Assembly: GCF_006345805.1 (NCBI RefSeq)
Contig: NC_043004.1
Coordinates: forward strand, 56,110,001 to 56,174,000
From: Octopus sinensis
Lineage: Eukaryota
Reading direction: 5' to 3'
DNA: 64,000 nucleotides
Shown: one piece after another, positions 12,815 through 24,838 of the stretch
How the letters are laid out: the number at the start of each line of letters is the position of its first letter
How positions within the stretch are numbered: the stretch's first letter is position 1
Position numbers and translations under genes: made by a program
The notes under the pieces: generated by a model
The model's database searches: none
Told to the model about the DNA's origin: nothing
Seen by the model: the letters and a program-made list of their open reading frames with translations, nothing else

Positions 12815-13344
12815 TGGGAGCATGCGCTGTAAAAGCACGTCACTGCATCCATCAATTTGTTGATTATTTCCTAATCCTGGCGAATGACCCCTTTGCACTT
12901 CTCAGGTGACAATAGCTCCACCCCTTGGGTCTGTCGGAGTAGTTGTTGCTGATGAGGTTTTACGAGGTCGGAGTGTAAATCCCACCTCAACCTCTTTCAG
13001 TCACGTTTTACTACGCACAAGGAAATGTTGAGTCTATTCTTTGGCATGCCGGTTCCCACACAGCACGATGAAGATGATAATGAAGATGATGATAATAAAA
13101 AGAATTCCAATATAGGCTCAAAGCTGAATGCATAGAGGAGGCGTTCAACATCGATGAAAACTGGACTTGAAGATAACACGAAAGAATAACTATTGCCTAC
13201 CTGATATACTGATAACGCTATGAGAAAGTAAATAAATAGTGTGTAGCTGAAGAAGAGATGCAGTGAGATCTGAACTCAGAAATAATGAAAAATATCCAGA
13301 AACAATAAGGCAAGACATCTATGTTTCTGACAATAATAAAAGTT

Positions 13345-13970
13345 TGCAACAAAAGCACAAGGCTTGACATTTGGTGGAGAAGCTTAGTTGGTTAAATCGA
13401 TCCAACTATTTGAATGTTATTATCATCCCGAAAGGATGAAAGTCAGTGTTGATTTCGTCATGATTTGAACTCAGAACATAAACATCTGTAACAGATACCA
13501 CAAAGTACTTTATCCAACGGCCTAATGACTCTCCCAACGTACCGTGCCTTGCTCTGATAATCCTTTTTTTTAGTATAGGTACAAAGCTCGAAGTTATGAC
13601 GATGGAGGCTTGGTAATTTCATCGACCCCGGTACTCAACTAGTACTATTTTATCGATTCCGAAAGGGCGAAAAAAAAGCCAACCTTGGCGGAATGTGAGC
13701 TCAGACGGGGTGAAATCCTGCTAGTCATTTTGTCTGATGTGCTAATGATTCTGCCGGCTCACGGCTATACCATATTCTAATAATAATTATTTCTAAATTA
13801 GTCATAGGGACATAAGGTGGTGAGTCTTATGTCAAAAGGTTTAACGGTATTTCGTGTCTGTCCTTGGTTGTTCATATTCCATCGGAGTCAACTCTTCCTT
13901 TCATCCTTTCGGGGTCAACAAAATAAGTTTAGTCAAATACTTTAGTGAAATACTGGGGTCGATAAAATAA
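13345..13970. mobile_element. Cluster of degraded SINE-D copies (two minus, one plus)
   Basis: Repeated CATCCTTTCGGGGTC / CCGAAAGGATGAAA and TTTGAACTCAGAAC motifs. Confidence 0.65.
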
Positions 13971-14085
13971 GTTTAGTAAGTAACGAGCAAAATATATTGC
14001 AAGGCATTTTCCCAATGTTCCAACGATTCTAATAATTGAAAACATCTAGATGTTCCCCAGTTGCATAAAAAATTATACGCAAACA

Positions 14086-14738
14086 CATATTGAAAAATCT
14101 GAAGATTCAGAGAAATTATATTACATACATATAATATGCTAGGCCACTGGTTTTAAATTGATATTAATCAAATTAGTATTCAATTTTTCACCCTTATTAT
14201 TTCAACTTAAATAACTATGTTCTCTAACTGGCAAAATTCACTGCAGTGAATTATTTTCTGCAGAATTATTTCCGACTTTTTGGCACACCAAAACGAAGAC
14301 TTTTGAAATATAACCCCAAATGTAATTGGTAGAACTATATACATGTTCAATCTCATGCGGACGTCTCGTATATAGTTCTGAAAATTATATTTTGCTATGA
14401 CGATCACATTGATGAATTGTGGACATTTACGTAAGTATTACGTAAGTGGTAACAATGAAACCGGGTTTGTGATTAATCTTTATATTTTGTATCTTTTCAT
14501 TTGCCTTGCTCGCTTTCGTTCTAGTGTTTGCTGAATTTTCTTGAGAACAATCTTTTCCTAGTGGTCAGACCATATGGGGTCTACCTCTAGCATAATGGAT
14601 GTCCACTTAGTGGTCAAACACCTTATATGTATGTAATATAATTTTTCTGAATCTTCAGATTTTTCAGTATGCCAGACCACTGGATTTAAATTGATATTAA
14701 TCAAATTAATATTCAATTTTCACACGTATTATTTAAAC
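14086..14738. repeat. Rearranged repeat with inverted and direct arms
   Basis: 14086-14134 is an inverted copy of 14623-14671 (47/49); 14135-14207 is a diverged direct copy of 14668-14738; family also at 30812-30996. Confidence 0.7.
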
Positions 14739-14749
14739 GCACGCACACG

Positions 14750-14812
<63 letters not shown>

Positions 14813-15610
14813 ACTCACACACACACATATATACACATATCCACACACATACATATATACATCTATCTACATAACAACCCACTAACTATTCTATTCTACT
14901 TGAGTAAACTGTGTGTATGAGGGTATGATATCTACTATGTATATTTCCTATTTAAAAAATATACATAGCAGATGTCTATGGAAACATGCATACTGATGTC
15001 TATGGTTTATAAACTCCTTATGAAATAATTTCTTCAATCGCGTCTCCTGAGTTCCAGTTGCATGGAACTCTTCGTTATACTCTTCTCTATAGTGTTACTA
15101 TGTGATCTGTTAGCCGAGTCTGCTAGTGGTGTAATGTGTGAAAGCCACACGATTCTATGAATTGATATATTGGTTTAAATTTTTGTACAAGACCAACAAT
15201 TTCGCGAGCGGGTGGGGAGACATAGTGTATAAAATCGACCCCAGTGCTCAAATGCTACTTATTCTATCGACCCCCAAAAGGATGAAAGGCAAAGAATCGT
15301 ACAAACGACTCTACCAGCTCCCTGTTTTATGAATCCATATATTACACTATAAATTTATATATATATATATATTATATATATATATATAATATATATATAT
15401 ATATATAACCGTTAGCTTACAACACAATTTTTCCGAACATTTCTCGAAGAAGAGGTTCTAACCCCAAAATATTGAAATGCAAGATAAAAGAACAAACCAT
15501 CGACGTATATTATTTATTTTAACTTGTTTGATGCTATGGAAAAAAATTAAAAAAGTTATATTTACAGTATATATATATGTATATATAAGTATACTACTAT
15601 ATATATATAC

Positions 15611-15656
<46 letters not shown>

Positions 15657-15677
15657 GTTTGTATCTGTTTCTATCAG

Positions 15678-15747
<70 letters not shown>

Positions 15748-15777
15748 CCTACTTACCTACCTGTTTGTGTGTATTAT

Positions 15778-16193
15778 TTTACTTTTACTTTTTACTTTTA
15801 CTTGTTTCAGTCATTTGACTGCGGCCATACTGGAGTACCGCCTTTAGTCGAGCAAATCGACCCCGGGAATTATTCTTTGTAAGCCCAGTACTTATTCTAT
15901 CGGTCCCTTTTTGCCGAACCGCTAAGTGACGGGGACGTAAACACACCAGCATCGCTTGACAACCGATGCTAGGGGGACAAACACAGACACACAAGCACAC
16001 ACACACATACATATATATATAAATATATACGACAGGCTTCTTTCAGTTTCCGTCTACCAAATCCACTCACAAGGCATTAGTCGGCCCGGGGCTATAGCAG
16101 AAGACACTTGCCCAAGATGCCACGCAGTGGGACTGAACCCGGAACCATGTGGTTGGTTAGCAAGCTACTTACCACACAGCCACTCCTGCGCCT
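15778..16193 (-). mobile_element. SINE-A, full length
   Basis: Complete head, CORE-like block, linker and (TTTTAC)n tail. Confidence 0.92.
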
Positions 16194-16246
16194 ATGCGTA
16201 TATGTATACTTTTGTCAAAACTTAGTGTCACCAAACACGTAACATA

Positions 16247-16812
16247 TTGGGTTGCCCGGAAAGTTCGTGTCGATTTTTAAGGGAAAGGAAAAGGTCAATA
16301 AATACTTGCCATTACACTTTTAATCAACCAAATATGAACCCTTTCTTTGCACAATGCGTCTCCATCTTTCCTTTAACTTGAAAATACCCTCTTCCCAGAT
16401 TTGAGATGGTTTCATGGCAAAAAATTCATCAAGGTATCTTTTTACGTCATCCAAGTAATTGAAATGTTTACCATTAAGACTATTCTGCAGAGACCTGAAT
16501 AAGTGAAAATCCAAAGGAGCAATATCTGGTGAATATGGAGGGTGGGGTAACACATTCCAGCCGAGCTGCAACTATTTTTGTCTAGATCCCAAAGCACCAA
16601 GGGCTGAAAATGAACTTTCTTATATTCCATTTCAAAGGGTTACAGAATTAACACAGGTTATAGGCATATAAATCTTCTTCCACGAAAAGATAGCTTGAAC
16701 TGTGCTATAAATGGAGGTGTAGTCAAATCCTATTTCATGGAATCAACCATGTTCTAAAATAAATCGAAAGGTAAGCTACTATAAATCGGCACGAACTTTC
16801 CGGACAACCCAA
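16247..16812 (-). mobile_element. mariner deletion derivative (566 bp)
   Basis: ~30-bp TIRs TTGGGTTG(C/T)CCGGAAAGTTCGTG(T/C)CGATTT, TA on both sides; ORF 16320-16571 has GWNVLPHPPYSPDIAPLDFHLFRSLQNSL. Confidence 0.92.
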
Positions 16813-17325
16813 TATATAGCGTCAGCTTTCTAAATATACCAATTTCGTCCGACATATCTTGCATGATATGATCTTTTAGCATGACACCATAATTTAAACG
16901 TATGTTGCGAAGTTTACAGGTCTCAGTAGACTCCTTTGTGTTAGCCGGTTTCTGGTATTGAAATTATTACTATGATTTTCTCTATAACTATGTGTGAACC
17001 AAAAAAATCACCTAGTGAGATTTCAATTATTTGGATAATATTTATTTTCCCTAACTCACTTTTCAGAAACTCTATTATATAAATTTCTTTGCATGAACAA
17101 TATTAAAAGTCAGTTAAATTGATGTTGTGTAGTAATATCTAACCTTCATTTTTGAAATGCTTGCATAAATATAAAACTGCAAAACATTTACATATGAATA
17201 TAAATACAAGAAAACAACTTATTTAGTTAATAACGCTTTTGAAAACTATAATGTTTTTAGCATACAAAGCCTATCAATAAAATAGGTTAAATATTTACTT
17301 TCTACATTAATAACTATCTTTTAAA

Positions 17326-17625
17326 TCTTTATATATAAAAGTGAGGTTGTGTGCTGTCTGTCTCCTACGATTTAGATTCCTAACTACTCCCACATTTTGC
17401 GGTGCAGTTTAACGAAAAGCGGGTATCTTATAGTCGTGATTCATATCAAGCCCTTCTGGGTATTAGCGCGCGTCTACGATGAGTCTACGATTTAAAAAAA
17501 AATTACCATAATTTGTTCCCATTTTTAATGCATTTTTTGCTATTATATAAGGGAAGTAACTCTCTAAAAATGCTTATATAGTTATTTCCCTTACAAACCC
17601 GAGCAACGCCGGGCGATACTGCTAG
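17326..17625 (+). mobile_element. Non-autonomous Helitron (300 bp)
   Basis: 5' TC, 3' CTAG, hairpin CCCGAGCAACGCCGGG at 17598-17613, inserted between A and T; empty site seen at 22004/22005. Confidence 0.85.
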
Positions 17626-18648
17626 TTAAAATATATATTAAGACGCTGAGCTGAGCGGATCGTTACCGCTCCAGACAAAATTCTTAGTAGAATTTCTCCC
17701 GGCTTTACGTTCTGAGTTCAAATGTCACTGAAGTAGATTTGCCTTTCATCCCCTGCTTTTTCTTTCTCCCGCTTTCTGTCTCACTCTTCGACTGTTTCTC
17801 TCTCCTTTTTCTTTCTCCTCTCTTTCCCTTTCGACTAATCGCATGAAAGCGTTACAATTCCATTCCCTCTACATCACGTCATGAACGCTTCTATTTTCCT
17901 CTTTATCTCCCTCCCTCTTTTCTCTTTCCCACTTTTCTTTCTCCCTCTTTTCCTCTAATCACGTGAAAGCGTTACTGACGGGCTAAGTAACATAATTATA
18001 AGACAGGGTTATAACTAATGAAAATATCCTATTTACGTTTTCCTAGTAATAATTTTAAAGTATTATTTTCGCCCACTTCCTTGCATATATTTTACCTTAT
18101 TGACTTTATCTGTGAGCAAAATTTAATCTTCTGACATAAATACCTCATTTGAAAGAATAAAAATCTGTTCCTTTAATATAAATATAAACTTTTAAAGAGT
18201 AAAATGGTTGCTTCGAATATATTTTCCGGAGCATGACACAAAAGAGAGTTAGGAATGAAGGTATAATTTCTTAATGTAAATAGTCCCTTTTTTTAAAGGG
18301 GACAATTTACATTACGCGCTGACAGTGGTTGGAGTGTCAGAAAAATTGCTTCTGATATTTATTCACCGAGGTAAAAAAAAAATACACTTTCTTTGTTAAT
18401 TAAAAGTTTCTTTTGGAGCACGAAGCAAAGTGTATATAAGAAATACAATTACATATAAACTATTAACGTATTTTGAACACGCTGACGCCAAATGTTTCGA
18501 TTTGAAGCTGGACTTAGAAATTATGAGTTTGTGATGTAAATTCAGATGCGTGATGAATGATTACGTCAACGTTAAAATATGTCAAGACAAAGTAGAGACA
18601 GCATTTGTACTGTTATATATTCGCCTCTGGTATATTTATAGTTGTCAT

Positions 18649-18861
18649 ATAAGCGCGAGAGTGGCTGTGTGGTAAGTATAGGCGCAAGAGTGGCTGTGTA
18701 GTAAGTAGCTTGCTTACCAACCACATGGTTCCGGGTTCTGTCCCACTGCGTGGCACCTTGGGCAAGTCTCTTCTACTATAGTCTCGAGCCGAACAAAGCA
18801 TTGTGAGTGGATTTTGGGGACGGAAACTGAAAGAAGCGCGTCGTATATATATATATATATA
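18649..18861 (+). mobile_element. SINE-A 5' half with duplicated 29-bp head
   Basis: Head repeated at 18649-18677 and 18678-18706; ends in (TA)n. Confidence 0.85.
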
Positions 18862-19285
18862 TATAAAATTTATGAATAAATGAAAGAATGGAGTTGAACG
18901 ACAAATTAACAAATTTCCTTTATTTTCGACATATGTTTCGAAGGCTGCATATTCCTAATTGTGAAGGAATAAGGAGTACAGAGGTCCTACAGGTGCTTGC
19001 ACTGGAGAAAACACACCTTTCACTCATATGAATAATGACTAATATAGATAACCCCCTTGAATTTTAATTAATATATTTCCATTTATATATTTCACCCCTT
19101 TAGTTTAAAAAAAAAAATTATGCTTTCAAAGACATACTACCCAATCCATTGAGGTTTGCTTTACCTTTGTCCCAATATCTCGCCCTACTCTTTCTTTTTC
19201 TCTCTCTTTCCCTCTATCTATAGTAATCAAGCACACAGACACATATCTGCTACAACACCACTATCTGTTTTTTTTTACATCTACC

Positions 19286-20679
19286 CATCCACATTTTCAA
19301 GAAAGGGAGCCGCGAAGACCCGCTTAACTACCGACCGGTTTCCCTTACATCAATAATCAGCAAGATGTTCGAAACCATCCTTAAGAAAAGTATGATGCTC
19401 CACCTCCTAAGCACAGCCTCGATCACTGATTTCCAACACGGCTTCGTGCCGAAGAGATCATGCTTGACCAACTTACTAGTAATGGAAGAATTGGTGACGC
19501 GCATCCTCGATGATAGTGATACTGTTGACATCGTTTTATTGGACTTTGCCAAAGCTTTTGACTCGGTAAACCACCGCCTACTACTTGTCAAGCTTCAAGC
19601 ATATAGTTTCCATCCGGATATTGTACGATGGGTTGGTGCCTTCCTCTCAGATCGCTCCTTCCAAGTTCAAGTTAATGGTTCGCGGTCCGACGTCTCCAGT
19701 GCGAGCAGTGGCGTGCCTCAAGGTTCAGTGCTTGGGCCCTTGTTGTTCTTAGTCTTCATAAATGACTTGCCCGACGACCTCACGCAACACACCCTTCTAT
19801 TTGCCGACGATATCAAACTGGTCGCTCCTCGCGGTAGTATAGAGGATCTTCGTCGATGCCTCCACCAAATTTGGAAGTGGTCTAACGATTGGGACCTGTG
19901 TCTGAACGTGTCAAAGTGCTGTCATCTGCCTGTCGGCTCTACTCCTGCAACTCAACTTGATTTCGAGCCGGGTCGTCTGCTGCTGGAGAGGACCGATCAG
20001 GTAAAGGACCTGGGTATCTTGGTGGATTCCTCCTTTTCGCCTTCGGCCCAGTGCGTCCATGCTGCCAACAAAGCGCGCGGAATTCTGTTTTTGATTCGAC
20101 GGTCATTCGGAGTGCTCACAGCAGCCATATTCTTGCCACTCTATGTCACGCTGGTGAGACCCATATTGGAGTATGGGATTCAAGCCTCTTCTCCTTATCT
20201 CCTCAAAGACATACAGCACCTCGAAAGAGTCCAGAGGCTGGCTACCCGCCTGGTTCATGGTCTCAAAAATTTGTCCTACGAAGAAAGGCTGAGGACGCTC
20301 GACCTTTATTCTCTTGAAAAACGCCGCCGCCGTGGTGATCTCATTCTCGCCCACAACATCATAGCGGGAAGTGTAACCTCTCGAAAGAGCTGTTCTTCAC
20401 TCCTGCTCCGGAGCGTCGGCTGCGGGGTCATTCCGAAAAGCTCTACCTGCGACGATTTCATCTCAATCGAAGGAGAGGAGCTTTCTCCGTCCGGGTTGCG
20501 GATCCGTGGAACAAGCTGCCAGATGAGATGGTGAAGATGCCAACGACCGCTTTGTTCAAAGCCTCCCTGGATCTCAAGTGGCCTGAACTCTTTACATGAA
20601 CACCACCCTGTACTTAACTCCATGTCCCCCTACATGGCCTTGCTATTTGCTTTTGAGCCAAATTAACTAACTAACTAAC
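19286..20679 (+). mobile_element. CR1-clade LINE, 5'-truncated, young (RT and C-terminal domain)
   Basis: IFKKG..DPLNYRPVSLTS, LDFAKAFDSV, GVPQGSVLGP, LFADDIKL, YEERL..LDLYSLEKRRRRGDLI; one frameshift near 20365 restores RGHSEKL...VADPWNKLP to TGA 20597-20599; (TAAC)4 tail. Confidence 0.92.
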
Positions 20680-20989
20680 ATACACCTTCACGCACACACA
20701 TACACACACATAGGTATTAATACAGTTATATTCATTCACTCACACAGACACTCATTCACAAAAGAATTTAACATAACCCACCATACATACGACCTGTTCC
20801 AAATCACCTTAATTTTCTTAGGCCTCTCTCCCCCTACTTCGTTTGAACTCTTGAACCTTTAGAACCTTCTAGAACTTTCTGTTTGACGTCACTCCTTATA
20901 AAGGAATATTAAAGAGACACTCATTATCGCTATGCGCTCCGTGAGAGCAGTCATCTAAAAGTTTTTATGAATCTTGATATTGACATAAA

Positions 20990-21088
20990 TTCCTTGTTTT
21001 TCCTAATGAGAAAGCGGCACAATGTACTCCTTATTCCTTCACAATTAGGAATATGCAGCCTTCGAAACATATGTCGAAAATAAAGGAA
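20990..21088 (+). ncRNA. Type I hammerhead fold with mutated core (CUAAUGA)
   Basis: 13-bp stem I with a 2x2 loop, stem II GAAAGCGGCA/UGCAGCCUUC, GAAA-C-AUAU-GUC^; core G5 changed to A. Confidence 0.6.
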
Positions 21089-21287
21089 ATTTGTTAAGTT
21101 ATCGTTCAACTCCATTCTTTCATTTATTCATAAATTTTATAAAAATACACACAAATTTCCACACGAATACACGTAGTCTCTGCCCTAGGCACGTAACTTC
21201 AACCGTGTTATTTCTGATGTGAATTTGCTACCCAGGTATCGGTTAAACGAATTATCCATAAAAAGATATTTCATTTTTCTACTCAAA

Positions 21288-21510
21288 TATATATATATAT
21301 ATATATATATGTACGTGTATATGTTTGTGTGTCTGTATTTGCCCCACTCCCCAGCATCGCTTGACAACCAACTTAGCGGTTCGGCAAATGAACCGATAGA
21401 ATAAGTACTAGGCTCACAAAGAATAAGTCTTGGAGTCGATTTGCTCGACTAAAGGTGGTGCTCCAGCATGGCCGCAGTCAAATGACTGAAACAAGTATAA
21501 GAGTAAAAGA
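21288..21510 (+). mobile_element. SINE-A 3' half
   Basis: Starts in (TA)n and runs to GAAACAAGTATAAGAGTAAAAGA; likely partner of 18649-18861. Confidence 0.8.
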
Positions 21511-21579
21511 TTAATAGAGAAAATATAAGTGAGCGCTAATTCATAAACTCTATATACAAAATGAAATATTCAAACTTAC

Positions 21580-21605
21580 CTAATTTTATACGAGCATATT
21601 TCAAT
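21580..21605 (-). CDS. Candidate 26-nt micro-exon (xLKYARIKLx)
   Basis: CTTTTACAG acceptor, AG|GTAAGT donor; phase 2 in, phase 1 out, compatible with 35477-35522. Confidence 0.45.
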
Positions 21606-23271
21606 CTGTAAAAGTCTAATCTATTTAGTCCACACTAATCTTGCAATAAATACTCCAGAAAGACAATTTCCTTCCGTTGTCGCCCCGGTTTTTAAGTGAA
21701 GAGTAATCAGTGTTTGCTCGTGATAACTATCACAAACTCTGACCAAAAGCATTCCAACGTTGACCATCACATGCCATTAGATAAAACTGTTTTTAAGGAG
21801 TTTGGACGTGCTTCAAGGAAAAAACCGGCTGCTATTTCAAACACATGAATGACCATATCGAGGCTTCTTTGTTGATTATTGCATCTATTGTTGTTATTGT
21901 TGTTGGTTAGCCCCAGCTATGTCGTTATTAAGCGTAGCTTTTGTGAAGGTGTTCTAATCGTGGTCACCTCAATTTATTTTCTACATTAATAATTATCTTT
22001 TAAATTAAAATGTATATAAAGAAGCTGAGCTGAGCGGATCATCTTTATCGAGGCACAATATTTCTAGGACTACATTAACTGATGTGTCCGCCATTTTCTA
22101 AGCAATTAATATATTAATTAAGGTATTAAGTGAAGTTTCTAACCACTCGATTAACTAAATGGGGTTCCTCTCGTTGACTTGGAATAAACATTATTTAACA
22201 CGTTGGTATGGTTATTATTGCATAGAAGGACTGTGTAAGATGGGGTGGTTACTTGTCTTTCAGATACTATGCGGTGCAATATATGTTCATTGCCATCAAC
22301 ATAAAATATAATGCTTATGTGTAAATCCCCTCTTCACTGCTTACTGGTTGAACATTCAGCGTTAAACCTTGCTCGCCGAGCAAAAGTAGATACTGCATTG
22401 AACACTATAAAATAGTCGTCTGTCATTGTTAGGCTATAAAGCAGGTTCGTTCTTGACATCTGATGAGAGGCTTCGTATATACGTACAGTTGTAAATATTC
22501 TAAGCTGGATTGAGACGTCAAGTAGCTAAAGTGTTGAATCATATTGTAAAGAATACAAGTATTGTTCAAATGTCAATTGGAATATTTTGTAAAAGTTAAC
22601 AGCTTTACATATTATGTGAAAATGAAAACAATACTGTTTAGATAATCTGCTGTATTTTGTGTATGTTATTTGTAGAATTAAAATACATTTTAATTTGTTT
22701 TGACAAGTAGATTTTGCTTTCACTGATTTTATCCTCTATCAGATAAAGACTATTTCAGTTAAGACATTTTATATTTTATATTTTGTATTTCCATATTAAT
22801 TATTATATTCCAGTTTGTTGACAAGGCTATTCAGTTTTATTTTCTATGTGAATAAATGCATTAAAATGCAAATTTCTTGCTGCAGTAACCTAAGTTTTAA
22901 AGTGCATATTTATAAATGTTTACACTCACTCTTTACCCTTCATATCTAGCCGTAGGGGCTCGAAGTATTGATTGTATTTGTAGTTCAAAGGCCCAGCTTT
23001 TTCATACACATGAGTCACTATGATCCTATATATTAGAACTACGTTAATTATACTCGTGTCTTTGGAATAATCAGCCATGTGTATTATCATTCCTTTAGCA
23101 GGTAATTGAGCTGAAGCATAACTAAACCTCATTGTCAAAACCGACGAAGATCCATTTGATTATGTCTAAACAAAGCGGGTTGCTACTTGTTTTGCCACTG
23201 AGACACCGGCGTTTGCAAAACTGCTGCTACATTTTAAAGTTAATTAAATTTCCATTTCAATACTAACTGGC

Positions 23272-23541
23272 TCTTACAACGACGAGAGTTCCAGTCCAAG
23301 TGGCTGAGATCTCCCCAGACCACGTTCCCTTAACGTAGTTCTCAGGGAAATTCATCGTGACACGGAATGGGATGAGGCTGGCCCTTTAAAATACAGGTGA
23401 AACTCATTTTTGCCAGCTGAGTTAAGTGGAGCAACGTGATATAAAGTGTCTTGTTCAAGGGCACAACGCACCGCTATGAATCGAACTCACGACCTTACCA
23501 TCACGATCCGAATACCCTAACTACTAAGCCATGCGCCTTCA
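23272..23541 (-). mobile_element. SINE-C, diverged
   Basis: tRNA head, CORE-like block and B/C shared tail. Confidence 0.8.
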
Positions 23542-24266
23542 CATTTCAATAATAAGGGTCATAATAAATGGAGAGAAGCAAAATAGTAGTCCAAAGTTGA
23601 AAACAGTGGGGAAAAGTCGTCGATGGTCTATGATTCATATAAAACGTAAAGCCTTAGTAAGCATGTCCTGCTTCCAATTCACTAAGTTTCGCCGTTATTT
23701 TTGTTATATTTTCTCAAAGGAAAGATGTTCAGACATTCTTAACATTGGTGTTTTCTACCCTTACATCTTTTCCATATTTCCATATTTTGACGTTTTGTAC
23801 GACCTTCCGTTAGCAAATGAAGTATCAGGGATGCAACATTTATTTTGTTGCCATTTGTCGATGAGTTTTATTTTTATGAATACACTATGAAATACTGCGT
23901 TGCTTTTGAACACATGCCTTCTGCTATATGCGTGCAAATTCTATGAAATTTCTAACTGGAAGTCGTGCATAATATAAGTTGAATTTGAGAGTAACTGCGA
24001 ATTTCATTTTATGAGGTGGCTGTTTCGTAATCAGGAATGCGCTTTTTGATGACTTACTCTTTTACTCTTTTACTTGTTTCAGTCATTTGACTGCGGCCAT
24101 GCTGGAGCACCACCTTTAATCGAGCAACTTGACCCCGGGACTTATTCTTTTGTAAGCCCAGTACTTATTCTATCGGTCTCTTTTGCCGAACCGCTAAGTG
24201 ACGGGGACGTAATCACACCAGCATCGGTTGTCAAGCAATGCTAGGGGGACAAACACAGACACACAA

Positions 24267-24317
<51 letters not shown>

Positions 24318-24405
24318 ATATATATATATATATTATATATATTATATATATTATTGGTGAATTGAAGAAATGGAGCTGAACGCAGATTGAACAGAAATCG
24401 TTTTA

Positions 24406-24496
24406 TTTCATTCTACACGTGTTTCGAAAGGCACAAATTACCAAAATCCGATTGAATAATGGGACCATATTGTGTCTTTCTCTTCAGGAAGAAAAA
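24406..24496 (-). ncRNA. Type I hammerhead ribozyme, copy 1
   Basis: UUUUUCUUC-CUGAAGA-GAAAGACACAA...UUGUGCCUUUC-GAAA-C-ACGU-GUA^GAAUGAAA; stem II 10/11 paired, palindromic stem III. Confidence 0.75.
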
Positions 24497-24558
24497 GGAA
24501 ATCCGTTGGAAAATCCGTTGATTAATCTACTACAAGATTATTCATCTTTCTATTTCAC

Positions 24559-24594
<36 letters not shown>

Positions 24595-24643
24595 GTGAAT
24601 TGAAGAAATGGAGCTGAACGCAGATTGAACAGAAATCGTTTTA

Positions 24644-24734
24644 TTTCATTCTACACGTGTTTCGAAAGGCACAAATTACCAAAATCCGATTGAATAATGG
24701 GACCATATTGTGTCTTTCTCTTCAGGAAGAAAAA
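24644..24734 (-). ncRNA. Type I hammerhead ribozyme, copy 2
   Basis: Identical to copy 1, offset 238. Confidence 0.75.
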
Positions 24735-24796
24735 GGAAATCCGTTGGAAAATCCGTTGATTAATCTACTACAAGATTATTCATCTTTCTATTTCAC

Positions 24797-24838
<42 letters not shown>

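Larger units (their letters stand above)
18862..21141. mobile_element. Composite element with 119-bp inverted arms of PLE-LTR type
   Basis: 18862-18980 is the reverse complement of 21023-21141 (117/119); arms are homologous to the 24351 HHR unit. Confidence 0.8.
24351..24800. repeat. Two identical copies of a 238-bp-period unit separated and flanked by (TA)n
   Basis: G24356 aligns with G24594; no differences seen outside the TA tracts. Confidence 0.92.

Noticed and set aside
10880-13170. Inverted match TTCATCGATGTTGAACGC at ~10890 and ~13145
   Set aside because: Short diverged copies of a dispersed repeat; no evidence they bound one element
22462-22490. CTGATGAGAGGCTTCGTA motif
   Set aside because: GAAA core absent
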